Assembly: GCA_039028615.1 (NCBI GenBank)
Contig: JBCCHT010000050.1
Span: forward strand, 29,183 to 93,182
DNA from: Myxococcota bacterium
GTDB lineage: Bacteria > Myxococcota_A > Polyangia > Nannocystales > Nannocystaceae
DNA length: 64,000 bases
Direction: 5' to 3'
A program made the position numbers and the translations under genes. The notes beneath the pieces are model-generated. The model did no database searches, had not been told where the DNA came from, and saw nothing but the letters and a program-made list of their open reading frames with translations. Shown here in pieces: positions 24,634 to 34,353 of this stretch (its first letter is position 1; each line of letters opens with the position of its first letter).

Positions 24634-25533
24634 TCAGTAATACAGCGCCGCCATGGCATGCACGAGCATGAGCACCACGACCAAGACGGCCAAGGGGATG
24701 TGCATCAGCTGCCAATCGAAGATCCAGTGGTGGAGGCGACGCTCCTCCATGCACATGCGGATTTCCTGGATGATGCTCTCGATCTGGGTGACGAGCTCGT
24801 AGCGGGAGGGCTCGACGTTGGCCCGCAGGGCGTCGAGGGCCAGGCGCGCCTCGGACTCGCTGGCCAGGGACCCGGAAGCCTTGGAGCCGACCACGAAGGG
24901 CACGATCCGCGTGGCATAAAAGGACGCGATCGTCTCGAGATCGATGGCGTCCGCCTCGGCCCGCTCCTTGCTCGCGGGGGCCGACCCGACCTCGGGCAAG
25001 CCCGCCGCCCGCTCGGCCCGCGCCAGCTCGTGTGCCGCCTCGGGCTGCGGACCACACTCGGCGACCACCAGGTCGTGGACCCGCCGCCAGTGCCCCACCA
25101 GCAACGCGGGGAAGTAGCGATGGGGCGACTCGCGATGCAGGCGCGAGGTCATCAGCTTCGGGATGTTGACCTGGAGCACCGAGCCGACCAGGCCGCTGAT
25201 GGTCAGCAGCACCAGACCGCCCAAGAGCGCGGAGGTCAGGACTCCGCCCCACTGAAAGCCGCAGTGCAGCAAACCCAACAGCAGCGCCAGCGCTCCCAGG
25301 GCGTTGTGTGAGGCATTCCACCAGCGGATGGGCCCCATCCGCAGCCTCAGCATGCGCTTGCGGGGGCCCAGCAGCCCGCACGCCAGCAGCAGCGATGCCG
25401 CCCCGATCCCGAGCCACAGGCTACGACCGGTCCCGCCTCGTACCGGGGACAGCAGGATCTCCCCGGCGACGGCGGCCGACCCTGCGATGCCGACCAGCCA
25501 CCACCACGTGGCTCGCGAGGACATGCCCTTCAT
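24634..25533 (-). CDS. Integral membrane protein with four TM histidines (putative heme b binding, ferric-reductase-like)
   Basis: WWNASHNALGALALLLGLLH and WQLMHIPLAVLVVVLMLVH; starts 1 nt after the stop of the cNMP-ferredoxin gene. Confidence 0.7.
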   Translation of the reverse strand: MKGMSSRATWWWLVGIAGSAAVAGEILLSPVRGGTGRSLWLGIGAASLLLACGLLGPRKRMLRLRMGPIRWWNASHNALGALALLLGLLHCGFQWGGVLTSALLGGLVLLTISGLVGSVLQVNIPKLMTSRLHRESPHRYFPALLVGHWRRVHDLVVAECGPQPEAAHELARAERAAGLPEVGSAPASKERAEADAIDLETIASFYATRIVPFVVGSKASGSLASESEARLALDALRANVEPSRYELVTQIESIIQEIRMCMEERRLHHWIFDWQLMHIPLAVLVVVLMLVHAMAALYY

Positions 25534-25534
25534 C

Positions 25535-27199
25535 TCAGGCCCCCTCCTTCACGCCGCTGCGCCCCTCGAAGAAGGTGCGACCGTCGACGCGCTGCGCCGC
25601 TCCGGCCCCGCAGGCATACACGCACATCGGCGTGCCGTCGCCCACCGACGCGCACTGATCGCAGGTGACCGCCTTCTTCGCCTGACCTCGGCTCGCGATC
25701 TGGATCGCCTGGTAGGGGCACTGCTCGGAGCACAGCCCGCAGCCGATGCACCAGTCTTCGATCACGATCTCGTTGTCGAGGCCGCGGTGAATCGATCCCA
25801 CCGGGCAGCCGATCATGCAGGTTGGGTCCACGCACTGGCGGCAGGTATCGGGGACGAGGAAGTTGCCGAAGCGGGGCCCCTGGCGAGTGAGACGCGGGAT
25901 GCCCTGGTGGGTGTCGGCGCAGGCCCGCACGCAGTCGTTGCAGCGGGTGCAGGTGTCGAGGTCGATGAGCATGACCTTCTCGGCCCGGATCAACCCGAGG
26001 GCATCGGCGAGGCTCTCCACCGCGAAGGGCGTGGCGGGTGAGGCCTGGCTCTCGCGACGTTGTCGGAGGAAGCGACGGGCATTGGCCGCGATCTCCGAGT
26101 AGCCCTCGACCATCTTGTCGACGGTGCGCTTGGGAATGCGGATCAGCTCGGCGCCGAAGCGCCCGACCATCCTCCGCGACTGCCCCACGTCCTTGCCCGT
26201 GGGCGAGTAGACCTGGCAGCGGAACTCGTGGACCCCATCTTTGAGCACCTCGCCGATGGCCAGCGACTCCCCGCGCGAGATGTAGCGAATGACCCGCCCG
26301 CCCGGCTTGCCGCGGGTCAGGGCCAGGGTGCCCGCCCGCACGAGATAGATGGCGTCCGCCTCGTCGCCGACGTCGAAGACCACCTCGCCCGCCTTGCACG
26401 AGATCATTTGGGCGTGGCGCCGCACGGTGGCCAGGGCGTCGACCGGCGCGCCTTCGAAGAGCGGGATGCCGGTCAGGGCGCTCTGCAGCGAGCGCTTGCG
26501 GAAGATCTCGTCGAGGGTCTGCTTGAAGCGCTCGTTCTCGAGGGCCATCTCGAGCACGTTGCGGACCATCTCGATGACGTAGCAATCCTCGATGGCCCGG
26601 ATGCTGGCGCTGCGCGGGGTGTGGTTGAAGCAGCTCGTCTCCCCGAAGATCTCACCCTCGCGGAGGTAGGCCACCAGCGCCCCTTGGTCCTCGGCCTCCA
26701 CCGTCACCGTGCCGCCCGCGGCTTCGATCTGCTTGCGCCTCGAACGACGAAAGAACAGGTCGCCCAAGCGCGTCAGCCCGGAGGGATTCTCGACAGCGGT
26801 GGGAGCGGCATCGGGGGCGATGAAGACCTCGGCCTTGCGCGGCAGCTCGCTGTTGCCCGCGAGCAGAAACCCCGCCTTGGTGGCCGAGTTGGAGTCGATC
26901 TCGCCTTCGTGCTCGACCCGAGCACCATCGTTGCCGAGCGGCGGCAGCTCGAGCGCCCGCACGTCGGCATCGCGGAGCAAGTAGAACGCGGTCCAGCCCG
27001 GCTCCCCTTGGCGAACGATGAACTCTCCCGCCTGGTACTTGCGCACGACGGTCGCGCCCTGACCCAGCAACGAACGCAGCCGGCGATCGATGGAACGGGG
27101 GGCGCCCGCCAGCAATGGCGTGTGGCGGAGCTGCTCGGCCGTGAGCCGGATGTCGTCGTTGCGAACGCTCAGGCGATCCGGGTGCGCTTGCGTGGTCAT
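25535..27199 (-). CDS. Cyclic nucleotide-binding (2x) plus 4Fe-4S poly-cluster ferredoxin protein
   Basis: cNMP motifs GEFIVRQGEPG, GEIFGETS...PRSASIRA, GEVVFDVGDEADAIYLV; Cys sets CTRCNDCVRAC, CRQCVDPTCMIGCP, CIGCGLCSEQCP, CDQC...CVYAC. Confidence 0.88.
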   Translation of the reverse strand: MTTQAHPDRLSVRNDDIRLTAEQLRHTPLLAGAPRSIDRRLRSLLGQGATVVRKYQAGEFIVRQGEPGWTAFYLLRDADVRALELPPLGNDGARVEHEGEIDSNSATKAGFLLAGNSELPRKAEVFIAPDAAPTAVENPSGLTRLGDLFFRRSRRKQIEAAGGTVTVEAEDQGALVAYLREGEIFGETSCFNHTPRSASIRAIEDCYVIEMVRNVLEMALENERFKQTLDEIFRKRSLQSALTGIPLFEGAPVDALATVRRHAQMISCKAGEVVFDVGDEADAIYLVRAGTLALTRGKPGGRVIRYISRGESLAIGEVLKDGVHEFRCQVYSPTGKDVGQSRRMVGRFGAELIRIPKRTVDKMVEGYSEIAANARRFLRQRRESQASPATPFAVESLADALGLIRAEKVMLIDLDTCTRCNDCVRACADTHQGIPRLTRQGPRFGNFLVPDTCRQCVDPTCMIGCPVGSIHRGLDNEIVIEDWCIGCGLCSEQCPYQAIQIASRGQAKKAVTCDQCASVGDGTPMCVYACGAGAAQRVDGRTFFEGRSGVKEGA

Positions 27200-27286
27200 G
27201 GAGGGCGGGGGCGGCTGGGGATTTTCCCACCAAGGGCCGCGGCTCGACAATCAACGACATACCGCTCCTGTCGCCGTCGTGCACGG

Positions 27287-27306
27287 AAGCGACGCTTGTG
27301 TCGCTT
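27287..27306. promoter_or_regulatory. Palindrome, candidate enhancer (UAS) for the NifA-like activator
   Basis: AAGCGAC-N6-GTCGCTT; same C-K-A-C-N6-G-T-M-G core as the sites at 31288 and 36115. Confidence 0.5.
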
Positions 27307-27380
27307 TGTCGGGGCGCGGCTGGACCCCCACACGCCGCCAAGCCACGGATTTTCCTGGACTCGCGCCGTCCGGGGCCCGC

Positions 27381-27396
27381 CTGCACGGACCTTGCT
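27381..27396 (+). promoter_or_regulatory. Imperfect sigma-54 (-24/-12) promoter
   Basis: CTGCAC-N5-TTGCT; lacks the first G of the normally invariant GG. Confidence 0.35.
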
Positions 27397-27408
27397 CTGA
27401 CGAAGGCC

Positions 27409-29103
27409 GTGAGCAGCTCCACGCTGACCGAGCCCCGACGTCTGCCGATCGTCGACGCCCCGTCTCGGCGGCCGCCGGTCGAGCCTTCGCTGGTCGGCCT
27501 CCTCCAGGAGTCGCTGCGGGAGCAATCGGATCTCAGCGGAGTGGAGCGGTTCTCCACCCTGCACGAGGCGGGCGCCCTCGACTCGATGGCGAGTCGATAC
27601 TCCGCGCTGCTGCCCGCCACCGCGCCCGGACCCGGTCAGCAGTACGGCTTCGAGGTCGATCTCGACGCCTGCACCGGATGCAAGGCGTGCGTCACCGCTT
27701 GCCACACCCTCAACGGGCTCGACGACGGCGAGGCATGGCGCGACGTGGGCACCCTGCGAGGGGGCAGCACCGCCCGGCCCGTGATCCAGCCGGTCACCAC
27801 CGCGTGCCACCACTGCGTGGAGCCGGCGTGCCAGTCGGGGTGCCCCGTGCTCGCCTACGAAAAGGACCCGGTCACGGGCATCGTGCGGCACCTCGACGAC
27901 CAGTGCATCGGCTGCCAGTACTGCGTGCTCAAGTGCCCCTACGACGTCCCCAAGTACAACGCCCAGCGCGGGATCGTCCGCAAGTGCGACATGTGCTCGC
28001 AACGCCTCGCCGTAGGGGAGCCGCCCGCGTGCGCCCAGGCCTGCCCGACCGGAGCCATTCGCGTTCGTGTGGTGTCGACCGACGACGTCGTCGAGGCCTC
28101 GGAGGCGGGCCGCTTCTTGCCGGGCAGCCCGGACCCCATCTTCACCCTGCCCACCACCACCTTCACCAGCCGTCAGCCGCTGCCCACCAACATGCTGGCC
28201 GCCGACCACTACCGGGTGCACCGCGAGCACGCGCACCTGCCCCTGGTGTGGATGCTGGTGCTCACCCAGATGGCGGTGGGTGCCGTCGTCCTGCAAGAGC
28301 TCGTGCGACGCACGGCCGATGTCGGCGTGTCCACCTCGCAATCCCTGTTCGCGATGGTCGTGGGTTTCGTCGCCCTCGCGGCCAGCACCCTGCACCTGGG
28401 GCGACCCCACCTCGCGTTTCGGGCGGTGCTGGGCATTCGCCGATCGTGGCTGAGCCGGGAGATCGTGGCGTTCGGAGGCTTCGCGGCGCTTTCGGTAGGC
28501 TACGCGGCAACCCACGCCTGGGGCGGCCCGGCCCCCGCGTGGCTCGACCCGCTGGGCACGATGGTCTGCGTCGTGGGGCTCGGCGCGGTCGCGTGTTCGG
28601 CGATGGTCTATCACGACACCAAGCGCGTGGCCTGGGATCTATCTTCGGGCCTGCCGCGCTTCTTGCTGACGACCGCGATCTTGGGCGTGGTCGCTCTGCT
28701 GGTGACCAGCGCCCCCGGTTCGTTTCAGCCGATTCCCCCGCCGTGGATCCGCAGCCTGCTGCTCGTGCTGCCGCTGTTGGTCGGCCTGCGGCTCGGCCAT
28801 GAGCTGCTGGTGCTCCTGCACCGCCACGACCGTCGCCACTGCCCCAACAAGCGCACCGCGTTGCTGCTGATGGGCGAGCTGCGCTCGGTCCTGTGCACTC
28901 GCGTCGCGTTCGCGGCCGTCGGGGGCATCGGCCTCCCCGCCGTGCTGCTGTGGGCCGCCGATGCGCCCGGCATCCGGGTCGCGGCCGACGTGCCGATCTT
29001 CGTGGGGGCCATCGCCGCGCTGACCTTCGTGGGCGAGCTGCTCGCTCGCTACCTGTTCTTCGTCTCCGTCGTCTCTCCGAAGATGCCGGGAGGAGCGCTC
29101 TGA
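27409..29103 (+). CDS. Fused DmsB-like 4x[4Fe-4S] domain plus DmsC-like membrane anchor
   Basis: CTGCKACVTAC, CHHCVEPACQSGCP, CIGCQYCVLKCPY, KCDMC...PACAQACP; DmsC motifs PLVWMLVLTQMAVG, STLHLGRP, SWLSREI, GELLARYLFF. GTG start inferred. Confidence 0.9.
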   Translation: MSSSTLTEPRRLPIVDAPSRRPPVEPSLVGLLQESLREQSDLSGVERFSTLHEAGALDSMASRYSALLPATAPGPGQQYGFEVDLDACTGCKACVTACHTLNGLDDGEAWRDVGTLRGGSTARPVIQPVTTACHHCVEPACQSGCPVLAYEKDPVTGIVRHLDDQCIGCQYCVLKCPYDVPKYNAQRGIVRKCDMCSQRLAVGEPPACAQACPTGAIRVRVVSTDDVVEASEAGRFLPGSPDPIFTLPTTTFTSRQPLPTNMLAADHYRVHREHAHLPLVWMLVLTQMAVGAVVLQELVRRTADVGVSTSQSLFAMVVGFVALAASTLHLGRPHLAFRAVLGIRRSWLSREIVAFGGFAALSVGYAATHAWGGPAPAWLDPLGTMVCVVGLGAVACSAMVYHDTKRVAWDLSSGLPRFLLTTAILGVVALLVTSAPGSFQPIPPPWIRSLLLVLPLLVGLRLGHELLVLLHRHDRRHCPNKRTALLLMGELRSVLCTRVAFAAVGGIGLPAVLLWAADAPGIRVAADVPIFVGAIAALTFVGELLARYLFFVSVVSPKMPGGAL

Positions 29104-31271
29104 TGCTGTACACGCGAGTCGGACCGCATACCCGCGACCTCGAGCTTCATCCGAGCGGGCTGGGCCGAGTGCCGAGCGAGCTGCGAGAGTGTCGAACCAC
29201 GGGCTCGGTCTGTGGCTTCTGCTCGACCGGGTGCGAGCTGTCGATTCACACGCGAGACGGCCGTGCCCAGGGCCTGACCCCCTCCCCGACATGGCCGGTC
29301 AACCGGGGCGTCGCGTGTCCCAAGGGCTGGGAGGCCTTGGCGGTGACGCAGTCGGCCGCGCGAGCCACCACCCCGCTGCTGCGCGACGACGGGGGCGTCC
29401 ATCGACCCATCGCGTGGGACCGCGCCATGCGGCTCTTCGCCGATCGCTTCGGCGCCATCGCCCGCCGCCATGGGCCGGAGTCGGTCGCGTTCCTCTCCAC
29501 CGGCCAGATCCCCAGCGAAGAGATGCTCATGCTCGGCGTGCTGGCCAAGTGCGGCATGGGCATGGTGCACGGCGACGGCAACACCCGGCAGTGCATGGCC
29601 ACCGCCGTCACCGCCTACAAGGGCTCGTTCGGCTTCGACGCCCCGCCCTATACCTACGCCGACTTCGAGCAGTCCGATCTCATCGTCCTGGTCGGCTCGA
29701 ACCTGTGCATCGCTCATCCCATCCTGTGGTCGCGCGTCGTCGCCAATCGTCGAGACCCCGCGATCGTGACCCTCGATCCGCGCATGTCCGAGACGGCGCG
29801 GGCCAGCACGCTGCACCTGCGGCTGCGGCCGGGCAGCGATCTGGCGCTCTTCCATGGCGTCGCCCGGGCGCTCATCGAGCGAGGCGCGGTGGACCAAGCC
29901 TTCGTCGATGCATCCACCGTGGGATTCGAATCTTTTGCCCGCTTCGTCCAGGCCTACGACCTGCCGCGGGTCGCCTCCGCCACCGACCTCGAAGTGGCGC
30001 AGATCGAGCAGTTCATCGAACTCATCGCCGAGCGCGGTCGCGCCTCGTTTTGGTGGACGATGGGCATCAACCAGAGCCACCAGGGCACCCGCACCGCCCA
30101 GGCGATCATCAACGTCGCGCTCATGACCGGCAACATCGGGCGTCCGGGCACGGGGGCCAACTCGATCACCGGGCAGTGCAACGCCATGGGCTCGCGGCTG
30201 TTCAGCAACACCACGGCCCTCCCCGGCGGTTACCGCTACGACGACCCCAAGGGGCGCGCCACCGTGTCCCGGGCGCTGTCCATCGATGCCGGCCGCTTCC
30301 AGACCGAGCCCGGGCACGCCTACGACCGCATCGTCCGCGGCATCACCCAAGGCGAGATCAAGGGGCTGTGGATCATCGCGACCAATCCCGGGCACTCATG
30401 GATCGACCGTCGCACCATCGAAAATGCCTTGGGCATGCTCGACTTCGTGGTGGTGCAGGACCTGTTCGCCGACACCGAGACGGCGCGCCGGGCCGACCTC
30501 GTGCTGCCCGCGGCCGGCTGGGGCGAAAAGGACGGCACCTTCATCAACTCCGAGCGTCGGCTCGGCCGCATTCGCAAGGTCCAGCGCGCATCGGGGCAAG
30601 CCCTCGCCGACTTCCACATCTTCCGCTTGGCCGCCGCGGCCACGGGCAACGGGGCGCTCTTCGACACCTGGACGAGCCCCGAGCATGTGTTCCACAAGCT
30701 CAAGGCCACCACTGCCGGTCAGCCCTGCGACATCACGGGCATCGAAGACTACGCCATGCTCGACCGTCATGGCGGCATCCAGTGGCCGCTGCCCGCCGGG
30801 CACCCGGTCGAGGACCAACACCGACGGCTCTTCGAGGACGGCGTGTTCCACCACGAAGACGGACGGGCCCGCTTCGTGTTCGAGCCGCCACGCCCCCTGC
30901 CCGAGACCATCTCGGCCCGCTTTCCGCTGCTGCTCAATACCGGTCGGGGTACCTCGGCACAGTGGCATACCACCACCCGCACCCAGAACTCGACGGTGCT
31001 CGCCCGGTTGCACCCGCCTCAGGCGTACGTCGAGCTCCACCCGAGCGATGCCAAACACCGATGCATCGCCGATGGGGATCGGGTGCGGGTGGTGTCTCGG
31101 CGCGGCAAGATCCACGCCCGGGCTCACGTCACCCGCAGCGTTCGAATCGGCGAGGCGTTCATGGCCATGCACTACGCCACCACCAACCTCGTGACCCGGG
31201 CGCAGTTCGATCCGCACTCTCGCCAACCCGCCTACAAGGCGTGCGCGATCGAGATCCAGCGGCTCGAGTAG
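29103..31271 (+). CDS. nasA: Assimilatory-type nitrate reductase catalytic subunit (Mo-bisPGD, NasA/NarB family)
   Basis: CGFCSTGC...CPKG, DGNTRQCMATA, WTMGINQS, SITGQCNAMGSR, GWGEKDGTFINSERR, LNTGR...QWHT, DPHSRQPAYK. TGATG overlap with the upstream gene; no twin-arginine signal. Confidence 0.9.
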   Translation: MLYTRVGPHTRDLELHPSGLGRVPSELRECRTTGSVCGFCSTGCELSIHTRDGRAQGLTPSPTWPVNRGVACPKGWEALAVTQSAARATTPLLRDDGGVHRPIAWDRAMRLFADRFGAIARRHGPESVAFLSTGQIPSEEMLMLGVLAKCGMGMVHGDGNTRQCMATAVTAYKGSFGFDAPPYTYADFEQSDLIVLVGSNLCIAHPILWSRVVANRRDPAIVTLDPRMSETARASTLHLRLRPGSDLALFHGVARALIERGAVDQAFVDASTVGFESFARFVQAYDLPRVASATDLEVAQIEQFIELIAERGRASFWWTMGINQSHQGTRTAQAIINVALMTGNIGRPGTGANSITGQCNAMGSRLFSNTTALPGGYRYDDPKGRATVSRALSIDAGRFQTEPGHAYDRIVRGITQGEIKGLWIIATNPGHSWIDRRTIENALGMLDFVVVQDLFADTETARRADLVLPAAGWGEKDGTFINSERRLGRIRKVQRASGQALADFHIFRLAAAATGNGALFDTWTSPEHVFHKLKATTAGQPCDITGIEDYAMLDRHGGIQWPLPAGHPVEDQHRRLFEDGVFHHEDGRARFVFEPPRPLPETISARFPLLLNTGRGTSAQWHTTTRTQNSTVLARLHPPQAYVELHPSDAKHRCIADGDRVRVVSRRGKIHARAHVTRSVRIGEAFMAMHYATTNLVTRAQFDPHSRQPAYKACAIEIQRLE

Positions 31272-31287
31272 GCCCGAACGACGCCAA

Positions 31288-31303
31288 CCTACAAAATTGT
31301 AGG
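31288..31303. promoter_or_regulatory. Palindrome, candidate enhancer (UAS) upstream of nirB
   Basis: CCTACAA-AA-TTGTAGG, about 100 bp upstream of a sigma-54 site. Confidence 0.62.
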
Positions 31304-31397
31304 AAGCGCGCCCGAGGCGAACACAAACGTCGTTTCAAAGCGTGTGAGGCTTCATAATTTCTCGTCTTCCCCGGCACTTGGGCACCCACTCGGCGGG

Positions 31398-31413
31398 CGG
31401 CACGACATTTGCA
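31398..31413 (+). promoter_or_regulatory. Sigma-54 (-24/-12) promoter of nirB
   Basis: CGGCAC-GACAT-TTGCA, ending 15 nt before ATG 31429. Confidence 0.78.
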
Positions 31414-31428
31414 TTGAAGCCCCCCACC

Positions 31429-34353
31429 ATGAGCGACAGCAAAGCTCGGATCGTCGTCGTCGGTAATGGCATGGTGGGACATCGGTTCTGCGAACGACTC
31501 GTAGAGCAGGGGATCCAACAACGTCACCGCGTCGTCGTATTCGGCGAGGAGCCATGGTCGGCCTACGACCGCGTCCACCTCAGCGAGTACTTCGCCAGCC
31601 GCGATCCGCTGGAGCTCGGCCTTCGCTCGAGAGACTGGTACGCGCAGGTCGGGATCGAGCTGCGGACGGGGACCGCGATCGTCTCGATCGATCGCGAAGC
31701 GCAGGTCGTCGTCGATGATGCCGGGCAGGCGCACGGCTACGACCAGCTCGTGCTGGCTACCGGCTCGTCGTGCTTCATGCCTCCCGTGCCCGGCATCGAT
31801 CGGCCCGGCGTTTTTCCCTACCGCACCATCGCGGACCTCGACCGGATCATCGCGTACGCCGAGGGTCGAGGTCGCGGCACGATCCTCGGCGGAGGCTTGC
31901 TCGGGCTCGAGGCGGCCAAGGCCCTGAAGGAGCTGGGGGTGGACACGACCATCGTCGAGATGGCGCCGCGGCTGATGCCCCGGCAGCTCGATGACGCGGG
32001 GGCGCGCGTGCTCGGCCGCACCATCAAAGACCTCGGTTTGGCGCTACGCCTCGGTGCCCGCACCACCGAGCTCGCCGGCCGAGACGCGGTGCAGCGGCTG
32101 GTGTTCGACGACGGCACCCAGCTGGACACGGACATGGTGGTCGTCTCCGCCGGAGTTCGGGCCCGCGACGAGCTCGCGCGTGAAGCCGGGCTGGAGCTCG
32201 GGCCGCGGGGAGGCGCGGCCGTCGATGCTCATCTGCAAACCTCGGATCCCCAGATCTTCGCGATCGGTGAGGTCGCCGCGTTCCACGGCGAGCTGTACGG
32301 CCTGGTCGCCCCCGGCTATGCGATGGCCGACGTGCTGGCCAAGCGCCTCGCGGGCACCGATGCCACCTTCGAGCGCCCCGATCTCTCCACCAAGCTCAAG
32401 CTCCTGGGCGTGGACGTGGGCAGCTTCGGCGATGCCTTTGCCGAGGGCGACGACATCGATTGCATCACCATCGAGGACCTGCGCAACCGGATCTACAAGC
32501 GCATCAACATCCGTCGCTCCGACTCCGCCCTCGTCGGCGGGATGCTGGTGGGCGACGTCAGCCAATTCGCCCAGCTCGATCACCTGGCCCGCAGCCGCAC
32601 TCCGATCCCCGACTCACCCGAGCGCCTGATCATCGGCGACCCGGCGGCCCCCGCCGCCCGCCTGCCCGACGAGGCGGGCGTCTGCTCGTGCGAAGGCGTC
32701 TGTGCGGGCACCATCCGTCGCACGATCCAGCAGCAGGAGCTCGACGCGGTGGACGGCATCAAGCGCTGCACCAAGGCCGGCACCGGCTGCGGCGGCTGCG
32801 TGCCCATGCTCGAGACGATCCTCGACGAAGAGCTCGCCGCCGCGGGCAAGGCCGTGTCGCGCAGCCTGTGCCAGCACTTCGACCATAGCCGGCAGGATCT
32901 GGTCAGCATCATCAAGGTCGAGCAGCTGCGCAGCTTCGACGAGATCATCGAGCGCCACGGCCGAGGACAAGGCTGCGAGATCTGCAAGCCGGCCGTCGCC
33001 TCCATCCTCGCCAGCCTGTGGAACGAGCTGGTGGTCGAGCATGCGAACATCCAGGACACCAACGACCGTTTCCTCGCCAACATCCAGCGCGGCGGCACCT
33101 ACTCGGTGATCCCCCGCGTGCCCGGCGGAGAGCTGTTGCCCCATCAGCTGGTCGCGCTCGGTCGCATCGCCCAGGACTACGACCTGTACACCAAGATCAC
33201 GGGCGGGCAGCGGGTCGCCCTATTCGGCGCCCGGGTGGAGGACCTGCCGAAGATCTGGGAGGAGCTCATCGAGCACGGGTTCGAGAGCGGCCACGCCTAC
33301 GGCAAGGCCCTGCGTACGGTGAAGTCCTGCGTGGGTACCGACTGGTGCAGGTATGGCATCGGTGACTCGTGCGGGCTCGCGATTCGGGTGGAGAAGCGCT
33401 ACCGCGGCATTCGAGCGCCCCACAAGATCAAGATGGCGGCCTCCGGCTGCATCCGCGAGTGCGCCGAGGCCCGCAGCAAGGACGTGGGCTTCATCGCGGT
33501 GGAGGGCGGCTGGAACGTCTATGTGGGAGGCAACGGCGGCGCCAAGCCCCGGCACGCCGAGCTGCTGGCCGAGGGCGTCGACGAGACGACCGCCATTCGC
33601 TACGTCGACCGATTCCTCATGTACTACATCCACTCTGCCGACAAGCTGACCCGCACCGCGGCGTGGATCGAGAGCCTCGAGGGCGGCATCGACTATGTGC
33701 GCTCGGTGGTCGTCGACGATGCGCTGGGCATCGCCGACCGCCTCGAGCGAGACATGGCACGCCTGGTCGACACGTATGCGTGCGAGTGGAAACGAGTCGT
33801 GGAAGACGAAACCCTACGGGCTCGCTTCACGCACGCCGCGACCGATCGGCACGGCGATCCCAACGTGCGTTTCATACGGGTGCGCGGTCAAAAGCGGCCC
33901 GCGCCCTGGAGCGAACCGGCCAAGGCTCCGCGTAGCAAGACCCGCCTGCCGACCTTTCAGCCCACGCGTGCACGGTGGGTTCGCGTTGGAAGCGCAGCGG
34001 AAGTCCCGCCAGACGCGGGCACCACCTTCCGGTATGGTTCCTTCCAGATCGCCGTCTTCAACTTCGCGAGTCGCGGACGCTTCTATGCCACCCAAAACAT
34101 GTGCCCGCACATGCAGGACATGGTGCTCGCGCGAGGCCTCACCGGAGATGATAATGGAGTCCCCAAGGTGATCTGCCCCATGCACAAACGAAGGTTCTCG
34201 CTCGAGTCGGGCCAGTCCCTCGACGGTGATCTTCCCGGCATTCGCACCTTCCCCATCCGAGTCGAGGCCGGCCAAGTCTTCGTGAAGCTCCCCCCCGCCG
34301 ACAGCCACGAACTCACCACGCCCGCGTGCGGGCGGAAATCGAGCCCACGATGA
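31429..34353 (+). CDS. nirB: NADH-dependent nitrite reductase large subunit fused to a NirD Rieske domain
   Basis: VVGNGMVG, GGGLLGLEAA, TKLKLLGVDV, BFD Cys (CSC...GCGGC), QDTNDRFLANIQ, siroheme Cys (CVGTDWC, SGCIREC), C-terminal Rieske CPH...CPMH. Confidence 0.95.
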   Translation: MSDSKARIVVVGNGMVGHRFCERLVEQGIQQRHRVVVFGEEPWSAYDRVHLSEYFASRDPLELGLRSRDWYAQVGIELRTGTAIVSIDREAQVVVDDAGQAHGYDQLVLATGSSCFMPPVPGIDRPGVFPYRTIADLDRIIAYAEGRGRGTILGGGLLGLEAAKALKELGVDTTIVEMAPRLMPRQLDDAGARVLGRTIKDLGLALRLGARTTELAGRDAVQRLVFDDGTQLDTDMVVVSAGVRARDELAREAGLELGPRGGAAVDAHLQTSDPQIFAIGEVAAFHGELYGLVAPGYAMADVLAKRLAGTDATFERPDLSTKLKLLGVDVGSFGDAFAEGDDIDCITIEDLRNRIYKRINIRRSDSALVGGMLVGDVSQFAQLDHLARSRTPIPDSPERLIIGDPAAPAARLPDEAGVCSCEGVCAGTIRRTIQQQELDAVDGIKRCTKAGTGCGGCVPMLETILDEELAAAGKAVSRSLCQHFDHSRQDLVSIIKVEQLRSFDEIIERHGRGQGCEICKPAVASILASLWNELVVEHANIQDTNDRFLANIQRGGTYSVIPRVPGGELLPHQLVALGRIAQDYDLYTKITGGQRVALFGARVEDLPKIWEELIEHGFESGHAYGKALRTVKSCVGTDWCRYGIGDSCGLAIRVEKRYRGIRAPHKIKMAASGCIRECAEARSKDVGFIAVEGGWNVYVGGNGGAKPRHAELLAEGVDETTAIRYVDRFLMYYIHSADKLTRTAAWIESLEGGIDYVRSVVVDDALGIADRLERDMARLVDTYACEWKRVVEDETLRARFTHAATDRHGDPNVRFIRVRGQKRPAPWSEPAKAPRSKTRLPTFQPTRARWVRVGSAAEVPPDAGTTFRYGSFQIAVFNFASRGRFYATQNMCPHMQDMVLARGLTGDDNGVPKVICPMHKRRFSLESGQSLDGDLPGIRTFPIRVEAGQVFVKLPPADSHELTTPACGRKSSPR

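Noticed and set aside
29103..31271. Periplasmic NapA, respiratory NarG, or formate dehydrogenase
   Set aside because: No Tat signal or napB/napD, too short for NarG, and the active-site segment NTRQCMATA plus nirB/narK context fit the NasA family.
31288..31303. Terminator hairpin after the nitrate reductase
   Set aside because: AT-rich stem with a very short centre and no U tract; fits a DNA operator better.
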